This document shows, one piece after another, positions 9,049 to 18,132 of a DNA stretch of 64,000 nt (its first letter is position 1; each line of letters starts with the position of its first letter). Origin of the DNA: an uncultured virus (IMG/VR IMGVR_UViG_3300045911_000603) (taxonomy: Duplodnaviria; Heunggongvirae; Uroviricota; Caudoviricetes); IMG/VR virus record IMGVR_UViG_3300045911_000603; one strand, written 5' to 3'. The notes beneath the pieces are model-generated. The model was not told the origin of the DNA. It searched no databases and worked only from the letters and a program-made list of their open reading frames with translations. Position numbers and translations under genes: made by a program.

Positions 9049-10374
9049 TCACGGTAAGGGGGAGGATGTGGACGGGGCTGATGGAAAGGGAGAGGTTGCG
9101 GCCGGGGATGATGGCTCCATTTGATAAGAATCCGTCCTGGTTGGGGTGATTACTGGAAATCGGGTGGTGGAACGGATTTCGTCCTCGCGACGTTGAGCCT
9201 CCAAGCGGCGGCGGCGTGCTTCGGCTTCCTCGGCCACCGCTGCGGAATCCCCCACCCTGGCGTCAGTAATGTCGATGGTTTGGCGCACGTAGAGGTAGAA
9301 TTGTGTGCCTCCTGGAACTCTGGTGTAGAAACCGTTGGTTTTGATTTCTTCGAGAATTTGTTGAGCGAACTGGTCGATGACCGATTGTGAGCCTGCCTGG
9401 AGGCCCGCGAAAGGCGAATTGAGGATCGGCGTCACATCGCTGCCGCCTGATCCTCCGAGATTCGGATTAAGCACGATGTTGGTATTACCAACAGCATTGG
9501 CCACTGCGCCAAGAAACTCAGCCGCAAACAGCTTCACTTCCGCCCATTTGTCGCTCTTGATGGTTTCGCCCAATAAGCCGAAGGAGCCGTCCAACACTCC
9601 CCAGGATCGTTGGCCTGCAAATTCTTCCTCTTGACGGGCTAGAGCCACCCCGTCCACGACAATCTCCGTGCCATTGAGAATGTCGCTAAACCCCGGCAGA
9701 ACGATAATCCACTTGCCCTCGGCGCGAATGCGGCCTTTCTCCCTGTCCGTTTGGGCCGTGCCATGAACTTCGCTGCCAGCCGGAATAATCAGGTTCCCAT
9801 TCCACCACAAATCCTCCGTGACCATCCCGATCACCGGAGTTTCCACGCGGCTCGAATCGACCGTGAAAACGAGCTTGCATTGCAATGGTCGTCCAAAGGG
9901 CGCGAATCGTTCCGAGAACGGTCGGATGGGGGGAGTGACATTCTGAAATTCCTGTCTCGCCTCTACGGGCGCGGGCGTGGGAGTGGAAACCGGGCGCACG
10001 CGCAGACCGATGCGATTGTTGACGAGGCCGGTTGGGACGATTCCCGCAGGCACCCCGGCGGGATCATCGGATTCCTGCGCGGGCTTTTCCTCCTGAACCA
10101 CCGTTGCCGGTTCGCCCCATCTACTGACGGGGGGGGTGGGGGCGGGAGTTGGTGGGGCTGGCTCTGGAAGTGCCCCAGCCGTAATTCTTTGGATGGTGTC
10201 AACGGGTGCTCCCAATACTTCCTGCGGGGCATCCATCGGATCTTCTGCTTTTTCAGCGGAGGATTTCCGCCAGTCGCCGAAGCCGAAAATCAGCACCCCA
10301 AGGGCCACACAAAGCAACAAGAGAATCCCGAGCTTGGACTTGAAGAAGGAAATTGCCTCTCTGACGTTAAACAT
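9049..10374 (-). CDS. virB10: TrbI/VirB10-like T4SS core protein
   Basis: N-terminal TM, Pro-rich stalk, TPVIGMVTEDLWWNGNLIIPAGSEVHG and YTRVPGGTQFYLYV typical of the TrbI domain. Confidence 0.85.
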   Translation of the reverse strand: MFNVREAISFFKSKLGILLLLCVALGVLIFGFGDWRKSSAEKAEDPMDAPQEVLGAPVDTIQRITAGALPEPAPPTPAPTPPVSRWGEPATVVQEEKPAQESDDPAGVPAGIVPTGLVNNRIGLRVRPVSTPTPAPVEARQEFQNVTPPIRPFSERFAPFGRPLQCKLVFTVDSSRVETPVIGMVTEDLWWNGNLIIPAGSEVHGTAQTDREKGRIRAEGKWIIVLPGFSDILNGTEIVVDGVALARQEEEFAGQRSWGVLDGSFGLLGETIKSDKWAEVKLFAAEFLGAVANAVGNTNIVLNPNLGGSGGSDVTPILNSPFAGLQAGSQSVIDQFAQQILEEIKTNGFYTRVPGGTQFYLYVRQTIDITDARVGDSAAVAEEAEARRRRLEAQRREDEIRSTTRFPVITPTRTDSYQMEPSSPAATSPFPSAPSTSSPLP

Positions 10375-10383
10375 GGCTATTTT

Positions 10384-10872
10384 TCACCTGGAGGACAAGG
10401 GATCGAAGAACATCCCCATGGGGGCGGTATCTTCCCCAAAGGGTTGCAGTCTATCGCTGGTTTCCATCGTCCATTGCAAATCTTGGATCTGGCGTTGCGC
10501 CATGCCCAACGAGCTTCGCAGTTGCTTTTGCCCGCTTTCGACGGACTCCAATCGTTTGAGGATGTTGGCCAATATCCCCGCCAGCACCTTCTCCTGCTCG
10601 GTGCTGAGAGCCGATGGTTCCGACGATGAGGGCCAGATGGGGTGCTGCAATGCAGGGGTTTGACTGGATTGTTTTTCGAGAGATTGAGCCAACTGCACGA
10701 GTTTTTCGTTGATTTGCTCTATTTGCGCGGCGTCCGGTATCTGCTGTATCTGCTGACGGGAATCCATGCCTCCGAGCACGATCCCCGCCCCGCAGATGGC
10801 TCCCAGCACACCAGCCGCGACCATCCAGACCATCAACATTCCATGTCTGCGGAAAATGGTGCTTGTTGTCAC
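10384..10872 (-). CDS. Membrane-anchored coiled-coil hypothetical protein
   Basis: Single N-terminal hydrophobic segment; located in tra operon. Confidence 0.6.
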   Translation of the reverse strand: MTTSTIFRRHGMLMVWMVAAGVLGAICGAGIVLGGMDSRQQIQQIPDAAQIEQINEKLVQLAQSLEKQSSQTPALQHPIWPSSSEPSALSTEQEKVLAGILANILKRLESVESGQKQLRSSLGMAQRQIQDLQWTMETSDRLQPFGEDTAPMGMFFDPLSSR

Positions 10873-10900
10873 AGTTTTGGCTAGGTTCTACGGGGTTCAA

Positions 10901-11680
10901 TTATGGTCTGGCGGTGGTTTCCGCTAGAGCACTCTTGGATTGACGGTCCTTGTATTCTTTTTCCGCCTGCTCCAACGTGGCCTGCAAAAGGACCAGAGTT
11001 TCCTCCAACTCCAAGTGTAACTCCCTGGTCTTTTCTGCGGAATCGGCCAAAAGTTTGCCCACCGTGGGACTGTTGACCCCTGCGCGTGGGTCATACCCAG
11101 GATCTTGGATATGATACAGCCCGGGACGGTCTGATGGTTTGATCTCATATGGCAGGCTGGAGATTTCCGCCACACGTCCACCAGGAAGCGGCACCGGATA
11201 GCTTTGGGCTTCGTGGTCGGCAATCACTTCCATTTTCCATCCGTGGGGGATTACTCCCATTGGTTTGGGCAGGCTTGGTTCAAATATCTGCACGGTGGTC
11301 GCCGGTTCCTCTTTCGGCAGAGAGGGGGGCGATGCAGGTTGAGGATCTGCGGCCACCGCTTCCTCCAAGGGGGTGATTTCCTCCTGCGCTTCAAGCGACG
11401 TGGTATCCGCTTCCACTACGGGCGCAAGCGGCATTGGTTCCGATGGGACCGCTACCGGTTCGCTCACGGCTTGGGTTTCGCTGCTTTCCTCATCCAGAAA
11501 GGGCGCAGGGGTGGCAACCAATGGTTCCTGCTCCAGGCGATCAAGATTCTTTCGCGGCATGACTTTCTCCATGACCAAGGCAGCCCATCCTTGAGGAACA
11601 ACCACTTTATCCCAAGCGATAAATCCGGCCATGCCAAGGCAGACCCCAACTAAAAAGAACAAGAAAATACGGTTCCACAT
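10901..11680 (-). CDS. Membrane-anchored Pro/Glu-rich hypothetical protein
   Basis: Likely start MWNRIFLFFLVGVCLGMAGF at 11680. Confidence 0.6.
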   Translation of the reverse strand: MWNRIFLFFLVGVCLGMAGFIAWDKVVVPQGWAALVMEKVMPRKNLDRLEQEPLVATPAPFLDEESSETQAVSEPVAVPSEPMPLAPVVEADTTSLEAQEEITPLEEAVAADPQPASPPSLPKEEPATTVQIFEPSLPKPMGVIPHGWKMEVIADHEAQSYPVPLPGGRVAEISSLPYEIKPSDRPGLYHIQDPGYDPRAGVNSPTVGKLLADSAEKTRELHLELEETLVLLQATLEQAEKEYKDRQSKSALAETTARP

Positions 11681-11684
11681 AATG

Positions 11685-12509
11685 CTACATTCCTCCAGGG
11701 ATCGGGGGTTCTTTGATTTCGAAGCGCAGTCCGGTTCCGGCGTCAAATCCCGGCAATGGTTCGCCGCGCAGGATCTTGTTATCGCCTTGATTGCTTGGTA
11801 GCGAAGGCGAATCGGCCATCAGGACCGCGCTGGGTGTGCCCTTCTCGACCAACGCATTCCAACGCCTTGAGAGTGCTTCAAATTGGGCCGGTAACTCCTT
11901 GGACTTCTTGAGGAGATCTTGGAGTTCTTCTACGATCTTCCGCGCCTGCACAAAATCCTCTTGTGTCCAGACCAGAGTGCGCGAGCGATAGATGACAGGG
12001 ATGTTGAGCGGGATGGTTGAGGTCCATTGGGGAGTTTGCGGAAATTCGGGGTCTATTCCGACGGCGACCAATGTGCGATTGACGAACAGGCTGGTTGGCT
12101 CAAATGGAGTTCCCTCGGTTTGCGCGGCCTGCAAAATCGGGGATGTCGGGTCGATCCGCCAGACTTGGCTGGGAGCGACAAAGGAAAGATTGCCGGTGAT
12201 ACGACCGGAAGATTCCTCGGTATCCGCTGGGGGCGGTGTGGCTGGCTCTACTGGTTGGGCGACAGGAGGCTCCGCCATCGGCGGGGCCGTGGTGACGGTG
12301 TTGCGAGCACGGACGACCCTCTCCCCTGCTGGGGTGGATTCAATGACGGTGGCGACAGGAGGCTCTGCCATCGGTGGTGACTGCCCGCTCTCGGAGCGTC
12401 TCAACAAGTCGTTGAGATCCTGAGCGGCGACAGGGCCAAGGCCGGAGGCGGCTCCCAATACAAATATGAGAATACATCGGTGCATACGTCGTATCCTACG
12501 CATGAGCAA
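11685..12509 (-). CDS. Secreted hypothetical protein with duplicated PPMAEPPVA motif
   Basis: Signal peptide ending VAA|Q; internal 9-aa repeat also visible in the DNA. Confidence 0.6.
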   Translation of the reverse strand: MLMRRIRRMHRCILIFVLGAASGLGPVAAQDLNDLLRRSESGQSPPMAEPPVATVIESTPAGERVVRARNTVTTAPPMAEPPVAQPVEPATPPPADTEESSGRITGNLSFVAPSQVWRIDPTSPILQAAQTEGTPFEPTSLFVNRTLVAVGIDPEFPQTPQWTSTIPLNIPVIYRSRTLVWTQEDFVQARKIVEELQDLLKKSKELPAQFEALSRRWNALVEKGTPSAVLMADSPSLPSNQGDNKILRGEPLPGFDAGTGLRFEIKEPPIPGGM

Positions 12510-12714
12510 GTTGGTGGAGATCGGCCAGCAGTTCCTCCAGATTTCGATCCGGCGAGAGTGTAACCATGACGTTTATTTGTTCGGCCAGATGGGTGGGCAC
12601 CCCCGCAAGAACAAGCCATTCCACCGGCACCTTCTGAATGGACCCATATTTGGCCACTCCCACTCGGAGCGCGGTGGTCGCCTTCAAAACCTCCATTTTG
12701 GTTAGCTCAGGCAT
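12496..12714 (-). CDS. Small hypothetical protein overlapping the 3' end of the sigma gene
   Basis: ATG 12714 (MPELTKMEVLK) overlaps the end of the sigma ORF. Confidence 0.45.
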   Translation of the reverse strand: MPELTKMEVLKATTALRVGVAKYGSIQKVPVEWLVLAGVPTHLAEQINVMVTLSPDRNLEELLADLHQLAHA

Positions 12715-13415
12715 AGACTTTCCTCTTGGTGTAGGGCTTCCCTGAGTTTCTGCATGGCGGAGGCGAATGTGTTTTTCGGATTCGGCACAACGTTGGCCCC
12801 GCAAATGCTCATGATAGTGTGACCCTCCATATACATCATGACGACCTTGCGTTCGTTCTCGGTGAGAAGCGAAATTTGCCGGAGCAGCATTTCCCGCAAC
12901 TCGGCTCGTTGTGCGTCGCTCACCGGATCACACGCATGTTGATACGTCACGGTATCAACCATTTCGTCCCCATCCTCGTTGGGAGTGTTGAGCGAGCTGG
13001 TTTCAAACTCTCGCCGGTTATATTCCTTGCGCAGTGCGCTTGTCACCGCGTTTTGCATATACAAGTAAGCCATGGAACTAAACTTGATTCCCCGTTCGGC
13101 ATCAAACTCCACGGACGCCTTGGCCAAGGCCATCAAGGCCACTTGGACCAGATCCTCCCGACCATAGAGCTTGCCGCCATGCGAGCGGTCGAGGCATTTT
13201 TGCACGATATGCTCGGCCATGGGTTGGCAACTTTCAAATCGAGCAATTTCCTCCTTGGTCAGGGTGGCTGCATCCTTCTCCTTGGATGCTCGCGGATCCT
13301 TGTTCCATGATTCCAAGACCTCCTCTCCTCCGGAAAGTTCCATGACAGACCGGAAATCAGGGCTATTGAGGAAATCAAAAAACTTCTGATTGATGGGATT
13401 GCGTGTAATAGGCAT
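12702..13415 (-). CDS. Sigma-70 family RNA polymerase sigma factor
   Basis: Region 2 EDLVQVALMALAKASVEFDAERGIKFSSMAYLYMQNAV; region-4-like LTENERKVVMMYMEGHT. Confidence 0.85.
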   Translation of the reverse strand: MPITRNPINQKFFDFLNSPDFRSVMELSGGEEVLESWNKDPRASKEKDAATLTKEEIARFESCQPMAEHIVQKCLDRSHGGKLYGREDLVQVALMALAKASVEFDAERGIKFSSMAYLYMQNAVTSALRKEYNRREFETSSLNTPNEDGDEMVDTVTYQHACDPVSDAQRAELREMLLRQISLLTENERKVVMMYMEGHTIMSICGANVVPNPKNTFASAMQKLREALHQEESLCLS

Positions 13416-13419
13416 CGGG

Positions 13420-14004
13420 TTACTCCAGAATTGGAACAGTTATTTCGTGCGGAACGAGGCGAACACCATCCGCAGTTTCCGTAGGTCCAGGGAAGGTGTA
13501 ATAGACCATCGTGCCGTGATCCTTCGCTTTGGCGCGTTCCATGTTGTTGCGAGCAAAGTAGAGACGTTTGAGTTCATCGGACTCCCCTCGTTGGTAGGCT
13601 CTTTCCACATCGTTGATACTGCGCGTGGGAAGATTGTCGGTAATACTGGAGAACATATTTCTTTGGCGGGCCGGGCGTTCCAAGGGCGGGGCAATATAGG
13701 GTTCATCCCACTCCGGCGAACCAGGAGCGATCAGATCGCCTCCCCGCCCCCCGGTGGCGCACCCGCTGGTTGCGAGCACGATCAATAGCAAGACGGACAG
13801 GGATGTGGCCACCATCCCTCCATTGAGATGGTTGCTGCCCTCGCTCCGAAAAAAGCCTTTCACCCCATGACCTGCCAGGGCGATTTCGATTTCCATCTTG
13901 CGACGATGGAGCGTCTCAATTTCACGACGCAAATAATCCGCTTCCCGTTCCATGGCTTCCACCTCCGGGGGAAGCTCCTTCTTCCGTCCTATTCCGAATA
14001 ACAT
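13420..14004 (-). CDS. Putative T4SS-associated lipoprotein
   Basis: Hydrophobic stretch ending LATSG|C; true start uncertain. Confidence 0.5.
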   Translation of the reverse strand: MLFGIGRKKELPPEVEAMEREADYLRREIETLHRRKMEIEIALAGHGVKGFFRSEGSNHLNGGMVATSLSVLLLIVLATSGCATGGRGGDLIAPGSPEWDEPYIAPPLERPARQRNMFSSITDNLPTRSINDVERAYQRGESDELKRLYFARNNMERAKAKDHGTMVYYTFPGPTETADGVRLVPHEITVPILE

Positions 14005-14016
14005 ATTTCTCTCCTT

Positions 14017-14703
14017 CTATGGTTGCGCCACACGGCTAAATTGCAGATTGCTGGGGGGGATGACTTGTCCTCGATACCAATATCCAGATGCTCCGACGGG
14101 GTTGGCCGAGTAGATCACGCGCACCACGACCCGCCGATTGGCAGCTTGATCGGCTGGCAGACCTCCGGCGACCACAGGGGCCGAGAAGCCATAGCCCAAA
14201 ACCGTGATGTCCGGCTTGGTCCCGCCCAACCCGCGTTGCAGGGCGGTTTGCACAGCCCTCCCTCGTCGGAGGGAGAGATCCCGTGCAAAGGCGGCATTGT
14301 TGGCTCGGCTCAGATTGCCTTCCCCGAGGGCGTCGGTATGCCCTTCCACATAGACCTTGGCATCGGGCCTGGCCCGAATGGTGTCCAGAGCCTTCTGGAT
14401 TCCTGCGGAATTGCTATCCACTTGGGCAGAGCCGGAGGCAAACGGAATCGTGGCGGCAATTTCCATCATTTCCCCTGTGGCGGGGCTTAACAGGGTGGGA
14501 AAGACTTGCTCCACGGTGCCGTCAAGACGCTGGGCATAGTAACTTTGTGGAGGCCCGGGAAAGATACCGGCAACCGGCGCAGCTTCCCCGGGAGCGGTGA
14601 TGATAAACTGCCGCCCGCCTCCGCTCTGCTGGCACCCGACAAGCATCAGCAATCCAGCCCCCGCCAAGGCCGGCCAAAACAACATCTGTGATCCCACGCG
14701 CAT
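14017..14703 (-). CDS. OmpA-family peptidoglycan-binding lipoprotein
   Basis: Lipobox LVG|C; VEGHTD, LSLRRGRAV, GYG...P, NRRV motifs. Confidence 0.9.
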   Translation of the reverse strand: MRVGSQMLFWPALAGAGLLMLVGCQQSGGGRQFIITAPGEAAPVAGIFPGPPQSYYAQRLDGTVEQVFPTLLSPATGEMMEIAATIPFASGSAQVDSNSAGIQKALDTIRARPDAKVYVEGHTDALGEGNLSRANNAAFARDLSLRRGRAVQTALQRGLGGTKPDITVLGYGFSAPVVAGGLPADQAANRRVVVRVIYSANPVGASGYWYRGQVIPPSNLQFSRVAQP

Positions 14704-14731
14704 GGAGCATAGAAAACATCCTTCACTATAA

Positions 14732-14746
14732 TTTGTAAAGTGTTTT
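14732..14746 (-). promoter_or_regulatory. AAAAYRCTTTACAAA box upstream of the OmpA operon
   Basis: AAAACACTTTACAAA on -; same box at 23601 and 45690. Confidence 0.65.
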
Positions 14747-14844
14747 TACAGCCATTATTTTGGCACTTGCAATCAGGATTTCCAGGCAAGTGTTAATTTT
14801 TTGGTGGTTATACCGCAGCAACTTCCGTTGCCGATAGAACTCAA

Positions 14845-14876
14845 GGAAGCTGGTGCTGCAATTTCGCACCAGCTTC
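14845..14876. terminator. 11-bp perfect inverted repeat, likely terminator
   Basis: GAAGCTGGTGC-N9-GCACCAGCTTC just downstream of the 14927 stop. Confidence 0.5.
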
Positions 14877-14926
14877 AACAACCTGCCTGAAATCAATCTT
14901 CCTGATCGTGTTCATGGAGACCCCAC

Positions 14927-15847
14927 TCACATCACGAGCGGCACCCCGCGCAGTTCGGCGGGCGTCTTGTAGGACGGTCCTTTACCGGCCTGAAAGGCTT
15001 CCGCGCCAGCAGAGTGAGCAATGGTGTAGGCTCGGCGGTAGTCCTCGAAGTTCTTGCCGAAGCGTTCCTTGAGTTCCTGCTCAATGAAACCGGAGTTCAG
15101 CGGGAGTCCTTTGACGCCCTGGGCATAGCCATACTCCTCGACAAACTTCCGAGGATCGGTGCGCAGGACATTGCGGGCAGGTTTGGTTGCACGAGCCGGC
15201 TGGGGAGCAGGAGCTGGCTGGGGCGATGGGGGAGGCGCAATTACCGCAGCCTTGGCTTGGGCAATCTTCGCCTGCTCTGCCTTCGCCTTGCGCATTTCCT
15301 TCTCCTTCCGGCGCATTTCCTTTTCCTGCTGGCGAAGGGCTTTCCGCTGCGCCCGGTAGGCTATGGTCCACTGCTCAAAATACTCGTAGCAATCTGCATG
15401 ATACGCTCCGTAGGCAAACTGCGTCTTGGTTCGCGCAAATCCCCCTGGGACTTCCCGACGATAGTAATTCGGATCCACTCCTGGGGCAAACTTCGAAAGG
15501 TAGGCGACGGAGGCTTTCGTGACAAATCGCGCTTCCCTGAAGTATTGCCTGTTCCTGACTCCCAAAAGCAGGCCAATCCACGACCCATACCAGCCAGAAA
15601 CCACAATGATGAGGTAATACTGCACGACCCAAATGGCCGGTAATACCTGCTTGTGTAGCTCTTTGAAGAACTCCGGCTCTTTTGAAAGCCCAAACCAAAA
15701 CCCGGAAAAGGTGAAAAGGGCCAGAAGTCCCACAAAGTGCCGACCCCAAAAGGGATTGAGCAATCCAAGAAGGAAAATGAAGTAGGAAGGAGGCTTGATA
15801 ATTGCCCCATTCTTGCTAGTGGGAAAGTGCCATGTATAGGTTTGCAT
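14927..15847 (-). CDS. Membrane protein with cytoplasmic coiled coil
   Basis: Two to three hydrophobic segments then a basic coiled coil; follows virB6. Confidence 0.6.
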   Translation of the reverse strand: MQTYTWHFPTSKNGAIIKPPSYFIFLLGLLNPFWGRHFVGLLALFTFSGFWFGLSKEPEFFKELHKQVLPAIWVVQYYLIIVVSGWYGSWIGLLLGVRNRQYFREARFVTKASVAYLSKFAPGVDPNYYRREVPGGFARTKTQFAYGAYHADCYEYFEQWTIAYRAQRKALRQQEKEMRRKEKEMRKAKAEQAKIAQAKAAVIAPPPSPQPAPAPQPARATKPARNVLRTDPRKFVEEYGYAQGVKGLPLNSGFIEQELKERFGKNFEDYRRAYTIAHSAGAEAFQAGKGPSYKTPAELRGVPLVM

Positions 15848-15868
15848 AATCCATTATACGCATACCTA

Positions 15869-17455
15869 TTACCTGCGTGAGGCAGTCCTTGCCTGATTTG
15901 AAGATAGCTTGGCCAGCATTTCCCGCTCATCGAACGTCCGATCCAGACTGCCTGCCATGTGCATGGGATCATTTGAGGCGTGAGCAATATTGCGCAGAAG
16001 CCTGCCACTAAATCCCATCATCGAGTTGGCTGCGAGGGCTGTGCGGGCTAGGCCGGAAGCGAACCTCGACCCTAATCCTCCTCCTGCTGCTGCTCCTCCT
16101 GCTGCTCCTCCTCCTGCTGCTGCTTCACCTGCTCCTCCTGCTGCTCCTCCTCCTGCTCCGCCGTTACCGCCCTGACCACCCCCCGCAGTCGCCGCACCCC
16201 CCGCAGCCCCTAGACCCCCCGCCGCCGCCGCAATGCTTCCGCTTGCAGCAACCATCGCCGCGCCAATAGCCCCTATTGTGCCTGCGCCCGTGGCCGCAGC
16301 AATCCCCCCAAGCATGTGGCTGCCATTTGCCAGCATTTGCCCCATGAACTTCGGTCCCCAAAGCGTTACGAAAAGAACCCAAATCGCCGTAGTAATCACC
16401 GCGATAAGCAGCATGAACATGTTCGCCATCGCCATGGCAGCAAGAACTTTCGTAGCAATTGGAGCCGCCACTACCGCAGCTATCGCTGCCCCCGAGGTTA
16501 CTGCCGCAGTTACAGTTGCCGAAAAATTGCTGCCAACCATGCTGTCCGTAATTCCCGCAAGCCACGTAAAGAGTGCCATCGTGCCAAGATGACCAACCCC
16601 CCAAGCCACCGGCCAGGCGGCAATAGCAATGGTTCCAAGAATATAATTGATGCCTTGCGTGCGGAAAAACCCCGTAGCTACTCCGGCAATGAATACAGGA
16701 GCGAAGATGGATGCTCCCACAAGCAGGAAGAACCTCACAATCAGCATCACGTCGATGATCGTTCCGGTTAAGTAGGCAACACACCCGATCAATCCGGCGA
16801 TGATCGTATTCACGATCCAAGACATGATTCCAGCGAGGGTAAAACCATCCATCGCAGATTCCAATGCGTTCTTAGCACTAGCCACTTTAGCACCAATCCA
16901 TCCGACAGAGCGTGAGAACCAATTCTCCCCCTCTTCATCATTTTGCGCTTCATCAATGGCTGCTGCTTCCTCTTCAGGGTTTGTTCCTATAAAGAGATTG
17001 GCATATGCGGCAAACGCCGAGCCAAGATTGTAATAATCGAATCCGGTAATTTGCGTAATCGCCGTTCCTGCATCATCGCCCATTTTCGCCATAAAGGTAA
17101 TGCCCCATGCACTGGCGGCGGCAAAAATGCCCGCGATAAGCGGCACCATCACCGCATTCATTATCTGCTTGCCGGTTTCAGCCTGGTTGAGCTTGGCAAT
17201 CATGGACCCAAGCAAAATCACCAGAGCCAAGGGAAGCATAAGATAGTCCCGAATATTGGCTGCCGGTTGCCGGATGCCTTGAACTCCTTTGAGGAGGGCA
17301 GGCATGGCTGCATAGCCGGAAATTCCCGTCATGTCTGGAGGCGGCTGCACATTGACTTCACCTTGGAAGCGGATCGCTTCCTGCGCAAAGGAATTACCCC
17401 CTGCGCACAGCAGGAGGGACACAATCAGCAGGACAATGAGCTTCACGCCACGCAT
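15869..17455 (-). CDS. virB6: TrbL/VirB6-like polytopic membrane protein
   Basis: Multiple TM helices, FAPVFIAG signature region, Gly/Ala-rich tail encoded by a GGA/GCA triplet tract (about 16077-16160). Confidence 0.8.
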   Translation of the reverse strand: MRGVKLIVLLIVSLLLCAGGNSFAQEAIRFQGEVNVQPPPDMTGISGYAAMPALLKGVQGIRQPAANIRDYLMLPLALVILLGSMIAKLNQAETGKQIMNAVMVPLIAGIFAAASAWGITFMAKMGDDAGTAITQITGFDYYNLGSAFAAYANLFIGTNPEEEAAAIDEAQNDEEGENWFSRSVGWIGAKVASAKNALESAMDGFTLAGIMSWIVNTIIAGLIGCVAYLTGTIIDVMLIVRFFLLVGASIFAPVFIAGVATGFFRTQGINYILGTIAIAAWPVAWGVGHLGTMALFTWLAGITDSMVGSNFSATVTAAVTSGAAIAAVVAAPIATKVLAAMAMANMFMLLIAVITTAIWVLFVTLWGPKFMGQMLANGSHMLGGIAAATGAGTIGAIGAAMVAASGSIAAAAGGLGAAGGAATAGGGQGGNGGAGGGAAGGAGEAAAGGGAAGGAAAGGGLGSRFASGLARTALAANSMMGFSGRLLRNIAHASNDPMHMAGSLDRTFDEREMLAKLSSNQARTASRR

Positions 17456-17535
17456 TGTCTCAAAAAGTAAATGGATCGCCTTCCGAAGAAAAGGGTTTTC
17501 TACAAGGCGCACGATGGGACTTGGTTGGCCAACAG

Positions 17536-18060
17536 CTACCGCAACTCAGGATGTTGACTGGCGGGGCTCAGCTTCCCTTGGTTGTCGATCACGGTCAGGT
17601 TTTGCGGCAACGAATACCCATTCGCCTTGAAGAATTTTGCCTCCTCCAAGCTCATGCGCTCCCACCCCATGATGGCCCTTTGCAGTTGTGCCTTGCCTCC
17701 ATGGTTTGCTTCCTCGCGGGCCAAGGAATCCTTGAGCAAGGCGGAAACAATCTTGGGATCGCGGATATACCCGCCAAAAGGACGGACTGTTTTTCCTTCA
17801 TTGATGCGGCGAATGGTGCCGTTGGGAAGAACCTGGAAAGCAGCTTCGGTATCGGATCCCGCCTCGCCCCCATCACCACGATCCGAGCCATAGAGTGCCC
17901 AATAGCTCGCTCCGTCCACCTTGGCATGCGCTACCACCGACAATTGCCCTGTATTGGGAAATTCCTTGCGATAGGCTTCCCAAATCTCCGGGGGGGGGTT
18001 GGCGTGGAGGAAAAGCATCGACATGGCGAGAACAATGACAATGACAAAACAGTTTTTCAT
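17536..18060 (-). CDS. Small exported protein; candidate entry-exclusion or immunity protein
   Basis: Signal peptide (MKNCFVIVIVLAMSMLFLHA); located between virB5-like and virB6-like genes. Confidence 0.55.
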   Translation of the reverse strand: MKNCFVIVIVLAMSMLFLHANPPPEIWEAYRKEFPNTGQLSVVAHAKVDGASYWALYGSDRGDGGEAGSDTEAAFQVLPNGTIRRINEGKTVRPFGGYIRDPKIVSALLKDSLAREEANHGGKAQLQRAIMGWERMSLEEAKFFKANGYSLPQNLTVIDNQGKLSPASQHPELR

Positions 18061-18132
18061 GGTTGTTGGGTTGGTTAGGTTAATTTACGCAGCGGCATCA
18101 AGTGCGATGATGGGTGCTACATCCAAGACGAA

